Under the pieces are notes generated by a model that saw only the letters and a program-made list of their open reading frames with translations, was not told the origin of the DNA and made no database searches. Both the position numbers and the translations under genes were made by a program. DNA of 64,000 nucleotides. Origin: Eledone cirrhosa (taxonomy: Eukaryota). Positions 24,256 through 37,965 of the stretch are shown piece by piece (the first letter of the stretch is position 1; every line of letters starts with the position of its first letter). The DNA is taken from assembly GCA_964016885.1 (NCBI GenBank), contig OZ024742.1:294314001-294378000 (forward strand), given 5' to 3'.

Positions 24256-27200
24256 CTTGCTAATGCAGTTTCATGCGGTAAATTGAAACTGAAATAACAA
24301 TTGGAATTGAAAGTCGATCTATATCACCAGTTCATGGTTTACCCACAAAAGGTTATGGGTATTGCATGACCTCTCTCGACCTAAAACATAAACGTTAATA
24401 AGATCTCTTCTATCATAATTTTAAGTAGTTTATTTTGTATCCTATTTCAAATCCTCTAGTATTACCGTACTATGAAAGGACTAACAGTAGTAAGGACGTA
24501 GTACAACTTGATATTTTAGAAGACTCCCAATATTGTCCAGTCTGTACCACTAAAATTTCAGTAAAACGAGAAAGTAAATACCTTGAAATTGTCTTCTATT
24601 TCATTACAAATAATAATCGATTTCATAACGTAATTATTTTCTTTAATTCTAATACCCCAGCCTGACTTTGTTTCTTCATAACTTTCTTAATAATGCAAAT
24701 TCCTTTATGAAATGTTAGATACTTTTTCGAGTGTGTAAATTAGAATAATGTTGAGAAAATTAAGTAATAATATTATTTCTAAGTTTTATTTGTCTCTTTC
24801 GCAATTCATAGATATAGAAATGATATTACGTTCTATTATAAACTATAATATCCAAGTGAATATGATTCATTATCAACATAGTACTGAAACGTATCATAAA
24901 TAAGTTTAGCTTGCTACATATACAGATCGAAACTGTCCAGTAGATGAAATAAAGCATCAACGAACAGAACTATACAATAATGAAAGTATTAAAAGAAATA
25001 AAAGCAGAAAATAAAAGAATTGATCGCCATAAACGCAATCTGTACCATCGAAAGTGTATCTCTGCAAAATATTGTTATAAAATATGAATTATTAAGAAAG
25101 TTATGAAGAAACAAAGTCGGGTGGGGGCAGAAAACTTTGTCTTGTCAAACCTAAATAAATAGTATGTTATTGTATAATTTTAAAACCCCGCTTTTTACTT
25201 TATCAAAATGGTTTCCTTGTCGGTTTTTTTCTAATATCCATTCTTAACGGTTCAATAGATTTAATAGTTATTGTTTTTAACCCCAAAGCAGACCAGTCAT
25301 GGCCTTTGATACTTTCCTCATTTTCCAAAATACATAATATCGCATGTGTTTATTTTTAAGACAGTAGGGTATGATTTGAGGGAGATGTGGTTGCTATTTC
25401 AAGTAGAATTTTCTACTATTGGCTCTATTCAATAGTTTGTGTGTGTCAGTTTTATAAATAGACACACTGGAACTGTGGTATTATTATTCATCTTTAAAAA
25501 TACCATTTGGTAATTCTATCTCGGTCTGATTAAAACGAGTTGTTTAACTAACTTTACGTCAGCCCTGATCAAGCAGGCGTGCGTTCAACGGCGTTCTCTT
25601 CGTGACCTGTCTTTTGTCAGCCATAGATTAACTATCAAACAGAAATAAGCATCTGCTTATGGGCCTCAATAACAGAGGGCCCCCGTTGTGTATTTTTCCA
25701 GTAGAGTATATTAAAGTTTGTTACATATACAGTATATAGGACAGTAATCTCTTCAGTGCTTAGGGTCTCTAACGGTCTTAATCCGACCCTGCTTTTTGTA
25801 TATCTAGGACTATATCGCCCAGTGTGTTTTAAGGGACATTTGGCTACTATTTCTAGCAAAACAGGCAACCACATAGATGCTCCTTCACTGTGAGGTGAGA
25901 TGTGGAAATAATCGATTGCTGCCGATGGATTTGGGGTGGATTTAAAAAAAAATCATTTTCTATTTTGAGCAGATGTAGAGTGTCTGCATGTACCCTATTT
26001 ACCTGGTCACTGCATTCACCTAAACAATTATTTGTTGTTTAGCACCAGGCCACATTGAACAGGATGATAAAAAAGCATAACAACAACGATCGTCTCTTTT
26101 TAGACATAGTATATCTACTATATCTATATCTCTTTCTCTCCTCCTCTTTTTCTTTGGAAGAAATCGGTTGTATTCTGCCCTGGAGAGAAATGGGTTTGGT
26201 CAGGTATAAATACCGCAGATGCACCATATGACGGTGCTTCTACGACTCCACCAGTGTTTGATGGCGATTTATCTGTTTGCTATTTCTAGTTGGCTGAATG
26301 ATCAATAAGATGGTGTGTATTACTGTTAGCTATTTCATCTAAATCAGATCGTAAGGATGGTTGTAGGCCAGATGGTCCTAGTATCACTTTCTTCTCTCCC
26401 GTTTGTACCCCCCCCCTTCTCTTTCTGTTGTGTGTATCGACCACCACTATCATAACAAAACTTCCACAACTACTACCACAACCATACTACTGTATATACT
26501 TCGCCTTAGAGTTGTGATGGTGAACACATGTACGTCTTAAAGGCGTTGTGGTCGTGGGTGGTGTCAGGGCAATTTTAATATTTTAGGGGTTTGAAGGTAT
26601 TGTAAATTTCAGAGTTGAACTTGATTTGAGTCCATGTGTTAAAAATAAAGCAAATCACATTGTGGAAATGTCATTTTAATCAAACAAATACCACACACAC
26701 ACGTGTTGTTAGGAACAATACCGCTAACATGGTGTTATAGGTATTGAGAAGAGTATTGTGATTTTATGTATGAACCTGTGTTAATCCATATTCTAAAATA
26801 ATGAGAAAGTTTGTTACATAACTAAATATCTGTAAATACTTGATTATTTGAAAACCTTAGTATCTTTCAATAGAAATATGGTGATGAAAATGTTTTAAAC
26901 AAGAAGTAGGCAAGGGAGGCTAGATTTACTGCTGAATTACCATTGCTACCAATGTTAATGATATTGTATCTCAGTATCTTATATTATTTGTGGAATCCTA
27001 AAAATCTGGAATTTTTTGGGAGGTCGGGTGGATATGCAATTTGTAGTCATTAGAGTGTAGTTATTTTTTTCTGGCTGTCATTGCTCTGAGTTCAAATCTT
27101 GCCACGGTTAACTTTCTTTCATCCTTTCAGTGTTAAAATAAAGTATCAAATCCAGGGTGGTGGCTTGGTGGAATTGCTAGAGTATCGGAGGAGATAACTT

Positions 27201-27877
27201 GCAGTATTTGTTTGGATCTCAGTGACTTTGTCTTTCATTCTTGTCAGGGTTTACCAATTCAAGGTGGTGAATTGGTGGGATTGTTAGTGTTGGATGAGGT
27301 AGGTGTCTTGTGGTATATGTTCCAGCACTCTGTATTCTGAGTTGAAATCTACTTGTGACCTACTTGGATGGTAAACTTAATCTGTTGCCTTTATCAGAGT
27401 TCATTCAGTTGCAAGCATTCCTTCTTCCCTTCTGCCCTTCTATCAGTCACAGCATGGTCTGAAAACTGGTCATGGACAATTATATGACTTTTCATTTCTT
27501 TATAGAAGTTACAATTACTGTTATGAAAATTCTGAGTTCAAATTCTACTGTGGCCTACTTCATTGGTAAACTTTAACTGTCATCCAGTTTAACACCCCAT
27601 TCTCCTGGCCATTGGGTGTCTTTAGCAGAGTACAGAGTACACTTAGTTACAAGCATTCAGACCAGCTCTCTGGTTTGGGGATACCTTCCACCCACCAATC
27701 TCTGACATAAAAAAAGATCATAGACATTGCTTTTCTCCCTGATTAAACAGTAATATCAGTATCATTACCACTGTTTAACGTCCATTTTTCCACGCTAGCA
27801 TGAATTAGACAATATATGTATATATATATATATGCCGTATGGTTGCTAGGATGCGTCCATAGGCGGTATGCCGGAGC

Positions 27878-28180
27878 AGAGTATGATAAAATAAAAAGCG
27901 AAGAATCAGTGGTGCATCGGAACTCAATTTATTACGTACTACAATTGTTTCTCCGGCGAACAGCTCGAGGTGCAATCTGTTTTATCGAAGCAAATTCTCT
28001 TTCTACCAGTAGAAAGTGAATTTGATTCGAAATCACTAGACGCATCTGAGGAACTTGCGAATCCAGAGTCAGGTTCGATCCACAAACAGATCGCACCTCG
28101 AGCTGTTCGCCGGAGAAACAATTGTAGTACGTAATAAATTGAGTTCTGATGAACCACTGATTCTTCGTTTTTTATTTTAT

Positions 28181-28187
<7 letters not shown>
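27878..28187. repeat. Imperfect palindrome (arms 27878-27982 and 28084-28187, central hairpin 27985-28030)
   Basis: Arms are reverse complements; the left arm lacks the ~50 nt matching 28031-28083; lies between (TA)n and (TC)n. Confidence 0.93.
28040..28132 (+). ncRNA. Type I hammerhead ribozyme candidate with long stem II
   Basis: Stem I ACGCAT/GTACGT; CTGAGGA (28046-52); stem II GCGAA..CAG..AGGT.CGATC / GATCG.ACCT..CTG-TTCGC; GAAA (28115-18); palindromic CAATTG; GUA triplet. The base of stem II is mismatched. Confidence 0.58.
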
Positions 28188-28263
<76 letters not shown>

Positions 28264-28283
28264 AGAGAGAGAGAGAGAGAGAG
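28184..28283. repeat. (TC)n followed by (GA)n
   Basis: Directly visible. Confidence 0.95.
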
Positions 28284-29030
28284 AGTTATATAACTTTTTT
28301 TTTTTTTTTTTTACACAACTTAGTGATATGAAATAGTTTAGATGTCATCATATATATAAATTTTTATTACTTTACAGAACTTACTGATAAAAAATGGCTT
28401 CGGTGTCATCATATATAAAATTTAATGTTTTATTCATATTTTACAATAATTGGAAAAGCTTGTCTCCAGTCATAACACATTAGAGTACAGTGTACTGCTG
28501 TTTCTGCTTACACTGCTTTCATCATAATTTTATGTCTGCTTTCCATCTGGCATGTGTTGGATGGATAGTCACAGTCTAAGGTTAGACAGGTCAGAGAGAC
28601 CTCATATATTCTGTATTTGGCATAGTTTTTATAGTTGGATAGCTTTAAGGATGTAACTGGTGGATTTTATCATGTCACCTGCACTACCACTTTACAGAAT
28701 GATCAGAGTACAGTTTAATATAGCACCAGCACTAGAGGTTGTCATATGCACGGTCAAACTGAAGAATCTTCTTGACTGTATATTGTTTCCATCTGATCAC
28801 CAACTTCATTATAGTGTACTAGGTGCATTCTATCGTGGCACATAGGTATTTTGTGGAGTTTGTAAATTAAAGAGGTTTAAAAGGTACTGAATAACTAACC
28901 CTGTTTGGATAATATATACTCATATCCTCAGAGTTATATATTATCTTAAATAATATTTTGGGTTTATCCTAAAACAAATCCTTCCCCAGTCACTAGTCTG
29001 ACCTCTGAAGGTAAATAGACTTTTCATTAA

Positions 29031-29208
29031 CCCTTTAGCATTTATATTACTCTATATTTACTATATTTTCATGGTAAAGGCTTTATCTCATATAATATCG
29101 AATCTATGAGATTTTGATATTATTTATTTTGAGAACAATACCTTAACATTAGTATGAGCAGCCAGCTACAGCCAGTTTGAAGAGATAGCTGGTTTAAATG
29201 TTAAAGGG
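29031..29208. mobile_element. piggyBac-type MITE nested in the left TIR of the larger element
   Basis: TTAA|CCCTTTAGCATTTA ... TAAATGTTAAAGGG|TCAA; absent from the right TIR. Confidence 0.87.
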
Positions 29209-29589
29209 TCAAACCATATGTTATGTTATTTTGGGGTTGAAAGTTGTTGATTTGGAGTGTAAGGCCCCTTTTTCCCCACTCATGTACTCTCCAATCTCAT
29301 GCCATATCCATATTTTGTGTTGCAGTGCTTGTAATGGTACAGGGGTCTTTTGTAGTATGGCAGTCAACTCAATCCTGTGTGAGATTTTTGGCAGTGGTAT
29401 TGAAGTTTGACAAAAAACCCTATATAAAGATGACTAACATCCAAATTTCAAAGTTGTACTTGTTTGACAAGTACAAGTTGTACTTGTTTGACAAGTAATT
29501 TGATCTGAGATCATGCGGTCACAGTAACCTGGTTGCAGAAGGTGTGACAAATTTTAACTGTTCCATTTAATAAATAATAATAAAACTGG

Positions 29590-29880
29590 TGGAGACATGT
29601 GGTAAGGGTGTTGGACGTGTAATCATAATGTTGTGGGTTTGATTCCTGGGCTGAGTTGTGTGTGGTGTTTTTGAGCGAAACACTGCATTTCATATTGTTC
29701 CAGTATACTCAGCTTGAAATGAGTACCAGCAATAACTGGAGGTTTAACCCTGTGATAGACTGGCGTCCTATCCAGGGGAAGTCTTGTATTCTCAGTCGCT
29801 TCACGCCATGAAATCAGCCTGATGAACCAGCCATGAAACTGGCCTGATGAACCTCCTGGCTTGAGACAGACTTTAGACTT
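29590..29880 (+). mobile_element. tRNA-derived SINE with a V-domain-like core
   Basis: B-box-like GGTTTGATTCC; CCCTGTGATAGACTGGCGTCCTATCCAGGGG; related copy on the minus strand at 56697-56942. Confidence 0.7.
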
Positions 29881-30287
29881 TTGGATGTAATAAATTTAAA
29901 GTTGATATAACAGTATCTGTGTGCTTTAAATGGTTGAAATAATTATTCCACAACTTGCAACCTCCAAATAACATAACATAGTTTAATGAAAAAGTCTTTT
30001 TACCTTCAGAGGTCAAACTAGTGACTGGGGGTTTTAGGATATATATTATCCCAAAATATTATTTGGGATAATACATGACTCTGAAGATATGAGTATATAT
30101 TATCCGAGCAGCGTTAGTTGTTAAGTACCTTTTAAACCTCCTTAATTTACAAACCTCACAAGATATTTATGTAAAGCTAAAGGATCCCAGATCATCTTAG
30201 GCTTCACCATCTTTATAAGTTCAGTTGTATTTATGAACAGATATGTTTCTGTTCTGCTTATGTTTCATAATATTTATATGTGGCATG

Positions 30288-30420
30288 GCATGGTCCCATA
30301 ACTCCTGAGGGAGTTGTTGGGGCGCTGTATTGACACAGCGTTTATAGGGCATTATTTAAACCTGGTGGAGCCCATCTTCTCTCCAGGCCTGAATACAGCA
30401 GATTTCTTCAGAGAAGGATA
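30288..30420 (-). repeat. Unclassified interspersed repeat (retroelement 3' end?)
   Basis: Inverted homologue at 48950-49090, which ends in (ACAT)n. Confidence 0.6.
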
Positions 30421-30451
30421 GAGAGTGAGAGAGAGAGAGAATATGCATGCA

Positions 30452-30497
<46 letters not shown>

Positions 30498-31399
30498 TAT
30501 ATATGCACACACACAAAAAGAAGACGTACTCGATACTTAGGGTAGTAGAGTGGGAAATAGGGAAAAGAGTCAGGACCCCGACTGTGTGTATATATACACA
30601 CACATACATACATACAACAGGCTTCCTTCAGTTCCTGCCTACCAATTTCACTCACAAAGCATTGGTCAATCTGTGGCTATAGAAGACACTTGCCCAAGTT
30701 GTCACACAATGAGATCAAATCCAAAGCCATGTGATTGCGAAGTGAGCTTCTTAACCACACAGCCATTTCTGTGAAACAGGTGTGGTATATATTTTTAGCA
30801 TACATATTTACTCATTGACTATACACTAACACTGATGAAAGATCTTATTTTAGATAAAAAAATAATCTGTTGAAGCTGTAGAAAATATCGGATCAATTTT
30901 CTTTTTAACTTTTGATAATAGTCAGCTACAACCATGTTATTGTCTATTATCAACCAGAGGGATGATTGACATCTGTTTTGTTACTAACAGCTCCACTCTG
31001 ATAGAATTATCAGGGTCATTTCATTTCAAAACATCTCTTAGAGTTTTGATAGACTAAATTATAATATCTGATCAAAGAAACAATTGTTTGATGAAGCATT
31101 GAGCAAATTTGAATTTCGAAAGTATGTTAACTTATTATAAGCTGCTACAAGGCACGTTTGACTATTAAAATAGTTGAACCTTCTTATAATTTTTTCCCTT
31201 TACAACTGTTATATATACTAGCTTTTGTGACAGCTTGCAGCAGTGTCAGATTTACCATTGTGCTTATGTGTGCTTAAGCACAGGGCCCCATTGGCCAGGG
31301 GGAGCATCTTGCTAAAAAAATTGTTTTTACCTCATTCAGGGCCCAAGTAAGGAGCCTCATAACTTAAATAGCACAAGGCTTCATTTGTCCTAAGTCCTT

Positions 31400-32700
31400 G
31401 CAGACACTGGAGTTTAAATAGCTCACCATCAGTCATGTATCGGATATGTAGGCCATTCTGGCAATCACTGAAGGATCATGCAGCATAGCAGAGATCATAC
31501 TGAAAAGTGTAAGGGCAAGAATGCATCCTTGCTTTACACTGTTCATCACTGCAAAGACTTTCGACTTGTCACCATCATCTAAAACTATCATCATCAACTG
31601 TGATGAAACTGCTAAGATAGCCAAACTTTTCCATTATTTTCCATAAGCCATCTCTGCTGACGGTATTGAATGCTTTAGACAGATCAATGCTGCTTCTGGC
31701 ATTTTTCCTAGAGTTGTCATGCAGCAAATATATTGGTAGTGTCACGCTGTGCTCAGAAGGCTATTGCCCAAGATGCTTGAGAACGAGATTGAGTAGGATG
31801 CAAGCCATGATTTCCTTGCTATGGACAAGAGGGAGATGCCCCAGTGACTGTCACAAGACTGGCAATTGTCTTTCCTTTTGTAGATGTGGACTATACTGGC
31901 CTCTTTCAACTGTTGCGAGACTTTTCCTTTGTTCCATACAGATTGGAAGAGGTCACTCAGCTTTTGCATAATGAGTGGGCCACCTGTTTTGCAGACTTCA
32001 GCCAGGTTTGCATCTTATCCTGGTGCTTTACTACAGGGAAGCTGGTTGATGGCTTTTCTGACAACTTCCTGTGTTGAGAGGTCAAAATCCTGGTTGATTG
32101 CTACCTGTAGTAGGTGAGCGATGACCACATTGTTGATTGAGGTGAAGCTATTGAAGACATGGTTGAAGTATTCAATCTATCTTTCCAGAATTTGCTTTCT
32201 CTCTGTCAGCAGTTGAAGTCCATTCACACTGATGATGGGAGAGGAGCCAGAGGACTGGGGTCCATATACAATTTTCAAGGTGCCATAGAAACGTTTGCTG
32301 TCTTGACTGTCTGCATATGCTTGGCTTTCATTGGCCCTATTGCTGAACCAAACATCCTGCATCCCACATAGTTTCTTTTGCACATTTTGTCTGACTCTGG
32401 TAAACACATCTTTCTTTGACTGTGATGTGGTATTGTTCTGGCGCTCTCTGAATTGTCTGCTTCTCTTCATCATTCTCATCAAACCAGTCTTGATTTCTGC
32501 AGATTGCTGGTCCACAGTATTCAAGAGAAGTAGAGTTGACAGAAACTCTGAAAGTTGTTCACTGCTCTTCAATGCTCGTGTGGTCATCCTTGGCTGAGCC
32601 TATCAGCCTGATAGCTAGGTCTTTATGAAATTCTTCTGCCACTCTGGTGAAAATATTAAGCCTCTTTGCAACCTTTGATCTTGAGGTCCTCTCATTGGTG
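31400..32700 (-). mobile_element. Degenerate RTE (BovB-like) LINE fragment
   Basis: YADSQDSKRFYGTLKIVYGP; KEASIVHIYKRKDNCQSCDSHWGISLLSIA; VKQGCILA.TLFS. Confidence 0.85.
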
Positions 32701-32939
32701 CTGATTTTGAGTCCAAAATGGTCACAGGCTTGTGTGAAGCAGGTGGTGGTGGCAGCTCATTTATATAAAAACAATCCAGAACTAATTTAGAATGGCCAGT
32801 CTAATTTGCATATTGTGCATTTGCTGGTGATGTAACTAAATAGTAAATATTTCTGTACAAGACAGCATATATTAGAAAATCTAACATAAATATAATGTAG
32901 GTATAACTACAGTTTCTGAGGTTGACAATGGCCTATACC

Positions 32940-33930
32940 CTCTCTGGTGTTGGTGTCATGAAAAATTGCACTTGGTACATTCTGTAAAGTTGTTGGTGAT
33001 CAGATGAGCATCTGACCATAGAAAACTTGCCAAACAAAGGTTTGAGAGCACTCTTCAGTTGTGTTTCTAGTGTTGGTGCCACAACGAAGTGCACCCAATG
33101 CACTCTGTAAAGTGTGGGAATGTATGTGGCCCATCTGAGAGGTCAGTAGCTCCAATTAAGTACTGACTTGGTCTGTGATGTCATGTCCAGCTATTGCAAG
33201 CAGGAAAACACTGATGTTAAATGATGATAAGATACAGAAGAATTATTTTATATTCTGTAATGACAGTAAAAACAACTGGTAATGAACAATGAATACTCTA
33301 CTGATGCTGCTATCTGTCTATCTTCCTATCAACCACCGATAACCAGCAAGTGGCTATCACTCCTTTATCCATTATACCCTCTCTTACTATACTATCATTT
33401 TGTTTCCCCTCCCATCACTTATATTTGTACTCTCTCCAGTTCCACTCTATTTGATATCACTTCCATTTTATTCTCACTCTTGGTAATGTTTGCATTGAGA
33501 GAACAGAGGCTATGGGTGGTAAGAGAAAATTCTTTAGTCTTACAGGAGACAAGACAACCTTGTGAGTATTGGTGCCACAATAAAATGCACTCAGTACCAT
33601 TTTATAAAATGGTTGCCAATTAAATGGTGACAGTGTAGGGTATAGAAAGAGAGTTCTAAAGTCTTGAAATTGATAAGATAAACCTCACTAGTCTGGGTGC
33701 ATGAGGAAATGCATTCAGTACACTCTGTAAAATGGTTTCTGATTGAATGGTTACAACATAGGGCAGGAGGACTCTTTAGTCACACTAAGGGCATAACTTC
33801 TCTAGTACAATAAAATGCATTCTGTACTCTGTAAAGTGATTGGTGTAAGTAAAGGTATCTAGTCATAGAAACCACAAAAAATGGAATGTCATGTCAACAT
33901 GGAAAGTAGTTGTAAAGTGATGATGAATGA
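32940..33930 (+). repeat. Cluster of about 5 degenerate GGTGCCAC..AAATGCAC.CAGTACACTCTGTAAAGTGGTTG units (SINE/RTE 3' domain)
   Basis: Motif recurs at about 32950, 33075, 33570, 33705 and 33810; same motif as the RTE 3'UTR repeat unit. Confidence 0.6.
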
Positions 33931-35256
33931 GCTGCTTCTGTTTAATAATTAACTGTTAGAAATAATTAATTGTTAGGAATTAACTGCAAAAGCTAATAAC
34001 AATTATTTGGTGGAATGCTATTTTCTTTGTAGAGTGAAATTACAAATATTGTGTGTCAAAGTGTCAGAACAAGTAAAATGAAAATCCTGATATTTAAATG
34101 TGACCAACTTTAGATTAACTTGACTGTTGTATGTAGGTTGAACATCTCTCCCTCTCTCTCATCATTTAATGTCCTCTTTCCACAGGATGGTTTTTTTATG
34201 GCCCGAGACTAGAGAGGTCAGATAGACCAGATCTTGCTCATATGTCCCATATTTTGGTGTGGCTTCTATAGCTGGATTCTCTTCCTAATGTCAACCACTT
34301 TACTTTGAAATAAAACATTTTACTCAAGGATACAATGTATAGAAAATTCTATTCTGATAATTTCTTTCCTCACACATCTCACCTATGGAATTCTTTTCCA
34401 GCTTCTTGCTTTCCTGGCTACTATTATTTACAAAAATTTTAAAGCAACATCAATTGTCATTTTCTCTCTTCTTGAATTATGTTCTCTCCATCTTGTCTTT
34501 TTCCCATTTTAGTAACCTATTGCATTTTAGTGACTTTATTGCCTTGCTTGAGGTGAACAAAAAAAAAATGACCTTATGGTTGTGTCCATGCTAAACATTA
34601 AGCTACACTCCTTCACTCTGTACACAGTCACTCAAACTTTTAGAAATGGCAGTAAAATCTTCTTCAAATCACACCTTACTACTTATTTTTAACAAAGGAC
34701 ACATTGTGTAATGTTATCTGAGACTACCCCATCATTTCCTCAGTCACTTTTGGGTGGTAGAATAAATTTATCGACCAGTTTAACACCACTATGTGGCCTT
34801 CGGAACCTTTACTAGAGTTCACTCTTTTGCAAGCATTTGGTCCCAGTCTCTGGTTGGAGAATGCCTTCCTTTCTTCCTCCATCCCACTAGCTGCAGAGGC
34901 CCTGAAAAGGGGTCATGTGCACCACACTTACCTCTCTGATTAAACAATCAAAATGAAGTGTCACAGTGCACCTAAGACCATTTTTTCCAATGTGTTCTTT
35001 TTTAGGATGCTAGGGTGTAATTTGAGCGAGATTTGGCTGCTATTTCTAGCATGTCAAGCAATGACACATAGATGCACTGGTTGTTCTGATAGTTTAATTA
35101 AAATTAGATTTAGTTGCTATTTCTAACATGTCTGTTAATAACAGAAACTCTCTTTGACCTAAGTTGCACTGGTTGTTTTGAAGTTTAACATTGTAACCTT
35201 AGCAACATCATAGTTTAATTAAAATACGATTTTGGCTGTGAAAGTTTTCTAGAATT

Positions 35257-35453
35257 ACTTTTGGGTTCCAAATAATGGGGGTGAGGGTTGGAAAATCGGT
35301 AATTTTTCTAGGTTGTCTCCATTGATTTTTTTTTTTTTTAAAAAGCAGAATTAATTGTTTAGTTTATATATTGAGACCCCAACCCATCCCATTTATTTTA
35401 TAATGTATCAGATTTCTTTGTAGTGTTCTTTTTTTGTCATGTATAATGTTTTT
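35257..35453. mobile_element. TA-flanked MITE of the 4180 family (inverted)
   Basis: GGTTGTCTCCATTGATTTTT and TTGAGACCCCAACCCATCCCATTTATTTTATAA match the reverse complement of 4380-4470. Confidence 0.7.
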
Positions 35454-35761
35454 TAATGTGTAATTATTTGAGAGTAATTTTGTCTACATAAAGCATTTTA
35501 TATCTATAATTGTGTGTCTGTGTACTAGTTTATACAAATTATATATGGTATGAAAATATATGTACGTGTGTGTGTATGTATGTGTGTGTGTGCCCTTGTC
35601 TATACAAAGTACTTATGAAGATTGTATATACAGAGTTATGTATATGTATGTGTCTGTACTAGTTTAAACAAAATATTTATGTATGAAAATATAGAGCACA
35701 TGTCATAGTTTATACAAAATATTTATCTATGTACCTGACTATATATATGTATGCCCTAGTC

Positions 35762-35912
35762 CAGGGATTTTCAAATTGTGGGTCCTGACCCGTTATTGGG
35801 TCACAAAATTTATAAAAACTACACAAAAATAAAACAAAAATCTACAAAAATGGGTCACAATACAAAATGGAGTTGTTGATGTGGGTCACATTAAAAGGTT
35901 TGAACAATGTTG
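35762..35912. mobile_element. hAT-like MITE
   Basis: CAGGGATTTTCAAATTGTGGGTC ... GTGGGTCAC..AAAAGGTTTGAACAATGTTG with internal GGGTCAC subterminal repeats. Confidence 0.5.
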
Positions 35913-36127
35913 CTCTATTTATTCTATACAAGGAACTTATGTATGAAGATGTATATACAAAGGAGTATATGCATATTTGCAGTGGCAGGTTAGGTTGGAG
36001 GGGGGTGACTGAGTTGTAACCAGGGACTCCACAGTATTTAAGGGTCTCCAAATTTTTTTATTGCTACCATAAATAATTGGAAAGGACCTTGAGGAAATTT
36101 TCAGCCAGGGGTCCTATACAAGCTTAA

Positions 36128-36338
36128 CCCTTTAGCATTTAAACTGGCCATATCCGACCAGAATTCTCTCATCTCTTTCTGTTCAAACCAGCTGTAATTG
36201 GCGACTCATATTGATGTTAAAGTATTGTTCTCAAAATAAATATCAAAATCTCATAGATTTGATATTATGTGAGATAATTATGAGGTAAAGCCTTTACTGT
36301 GAAAATATAATAGTAAATATAGAGTAAATGATAAAGGG
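36128..36338. mobile_element. piggyBac-type MITE
   Basis: TTAA|CCCTTTAGCATTTA ... TAAATGATAAAGGG|TTAA. Confidence 0.9.
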
Positions 36339-36849
36339 TTAATAATCTACTCTTGCATGTGTATGTGTGTCTTAATTTATATAAAGTATGTATGTACATG
36401 TGTGTGTATGTCTTAGTTTATAGAATGTATCTATGACGATGTATATGCAAATGTATATGTACATGTGTGCCTGTTCTAGTTATATAAAGTATTTATGTGC
36501 ACATGTATATCTGTGTGCATATGTCTTAGTTTATATAAAATGTCAACCATGATAATAATATGCTATGTGTATACATATATCCCTGGTAACTCTTTAAACT
36601 TTACACACAAACATACGCGCACACATTTTATTTCCTATCTCTGTTATGTTGCTACAATAATAAGTTCACTTTCCAATCACAAAATCCTAGGTTCTAACTC
36701 TACATTTGTCCCTGTAAATAGATATTTCTCCAAAGTTACTCATACATTTAATCCTGTATGTCATTTGTACATAAGTGCTGAATTTTTATGTAATTATATC
36801 CTAGAAATAAATTATTAAAATATCAACCTTATCATTAATCACTTTCCTG

Positions 36850-37210
36850 TATCAGTCTTCTTTGCCCACTTATTCCTGAGAGGGTTCTGAGGGCAAAGTC
36901 CTCAAACACTCCCTTCAGCATGTCCTGTCAGAAGCAGCCATCTCCAACTGATCTAGCTGGATACCCAAGTGTGACCAGCTAAGCTCATGGATGTTATCCA
37001 ACCATCTTGCTTGGGGTTTACCCCTGGGTCTTTTTGCCAGTTGGTTTTGCCTGTAAACTCTGTCCAATTCTTTCCAAAGACATTCTGACCACATGCCCAT
37101 AGTAATGGAGCTGTTATCTCTCAATTCTCAGAAGTAGCAGCTCTTCCTGGAGTGACTCTTTGATCTCTGAGTTACGCACTTTATCGAGCAACGTTACTCC
37201 AAAGACCCAT
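36850..37210 (-). mobile_element. RTE (Expander/Rex3-like) LINE 3' fragment
   Basis: GVTLLDKVRNSEIKESLQEELLLLRIER; KRPRGKPQARWLDNI. Confidence 0.75.
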
Positions 37211-37319
37211 GTATCAGTAATCAATATAAAGTATATAGTTTCTCTTAAGCAAGCCATTAATTTATCAAAATGCAAATTTCCCAGTTTGTATGATTGTTCA
37301 TATATATGACCTACTTTTG

Positions 37320-37700
37320 TCATCATTATTGATGGCACGGGTCTACTAGTGTATATAAAGATATGGGTAAAGACCCCTTTGATCACAAATGTCCATGGGA
37401 TTTGAACCTAGAAAATTCCTCTCCGAGGCACAAATCCGGGCAAGGTTGTTTGTGGAAGACCAACAGTCGCCCATGCAAACCAGTCTCTCCTCTCCATGTC
37501 ACCGATGTTGTCCAAGGAAAAGGAAAGGCAATACAGCTTGGCACCAGTGACGTTGCAACTCATTTCTACAGCTGAGTAAACTAGAATAATGTGAAATAAA
37601 GTGTCTTGCTCAAGAACACAATGCATCACCCAGTCTGAGAATCAAACTCACATCCTCCCGATTGCAAGCTCAATGCTCTTACCACTAAGCCATGCACCTT
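37320..37700 (-). mobile_element. tRNA-derived SINE (second long family)
   Basis: Minus strand starts GGTGCATGGCTTAGTGGTAAGAGC (A box) ... GAGTTTGATTCTC (B-box-like) ... GTGTTCTTGAGCAAGACACTTTATTTCAC; ends in an ATG/AAT tail. Confidence 0.75.
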
Positions 37701-37965
37701 CAAGGATAGTACACGTGTATTATATGTATATTGTCCTAGTTGTTATCTTATTAATCACCTGTTCAAACTTACAAACTAGAATTACTTCCACTATGGGAAC
37801 TTAACATACTTTATTTTTGATAACAATAATAATAATGATAATGATGATGATGACTATATATTTAAATGTAGGACAGTGAAGGCCATGAAGATGTAGTAGA
37901 CAGTATGACTTAGAAGGATCTATATTTCAGTAAATCTGCGTTCTGAATGATCATAAAAAGGTTAA

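Larger units (their letters stand above)
28840..30171. mobile_element. Non-autonomous DNA transposon with ~220 bp terminal inverted repeats and nested insertions
   Basis: 28840-29030 plus 29209-29250 mirror 29950-30171 (e.g. CCCCAGTCACTAGT.TGACCTCTGAAGGTAAA vs TTTACCTTCAGAGGTCA.ACTAGTGACTGGGG). Confidence 0.8.

Noticed and set aside
29818-29870. Two CTGATGA boxes with a GAAA
   Set aside because: Part of the SINE 3' region; no proper stems II or III.
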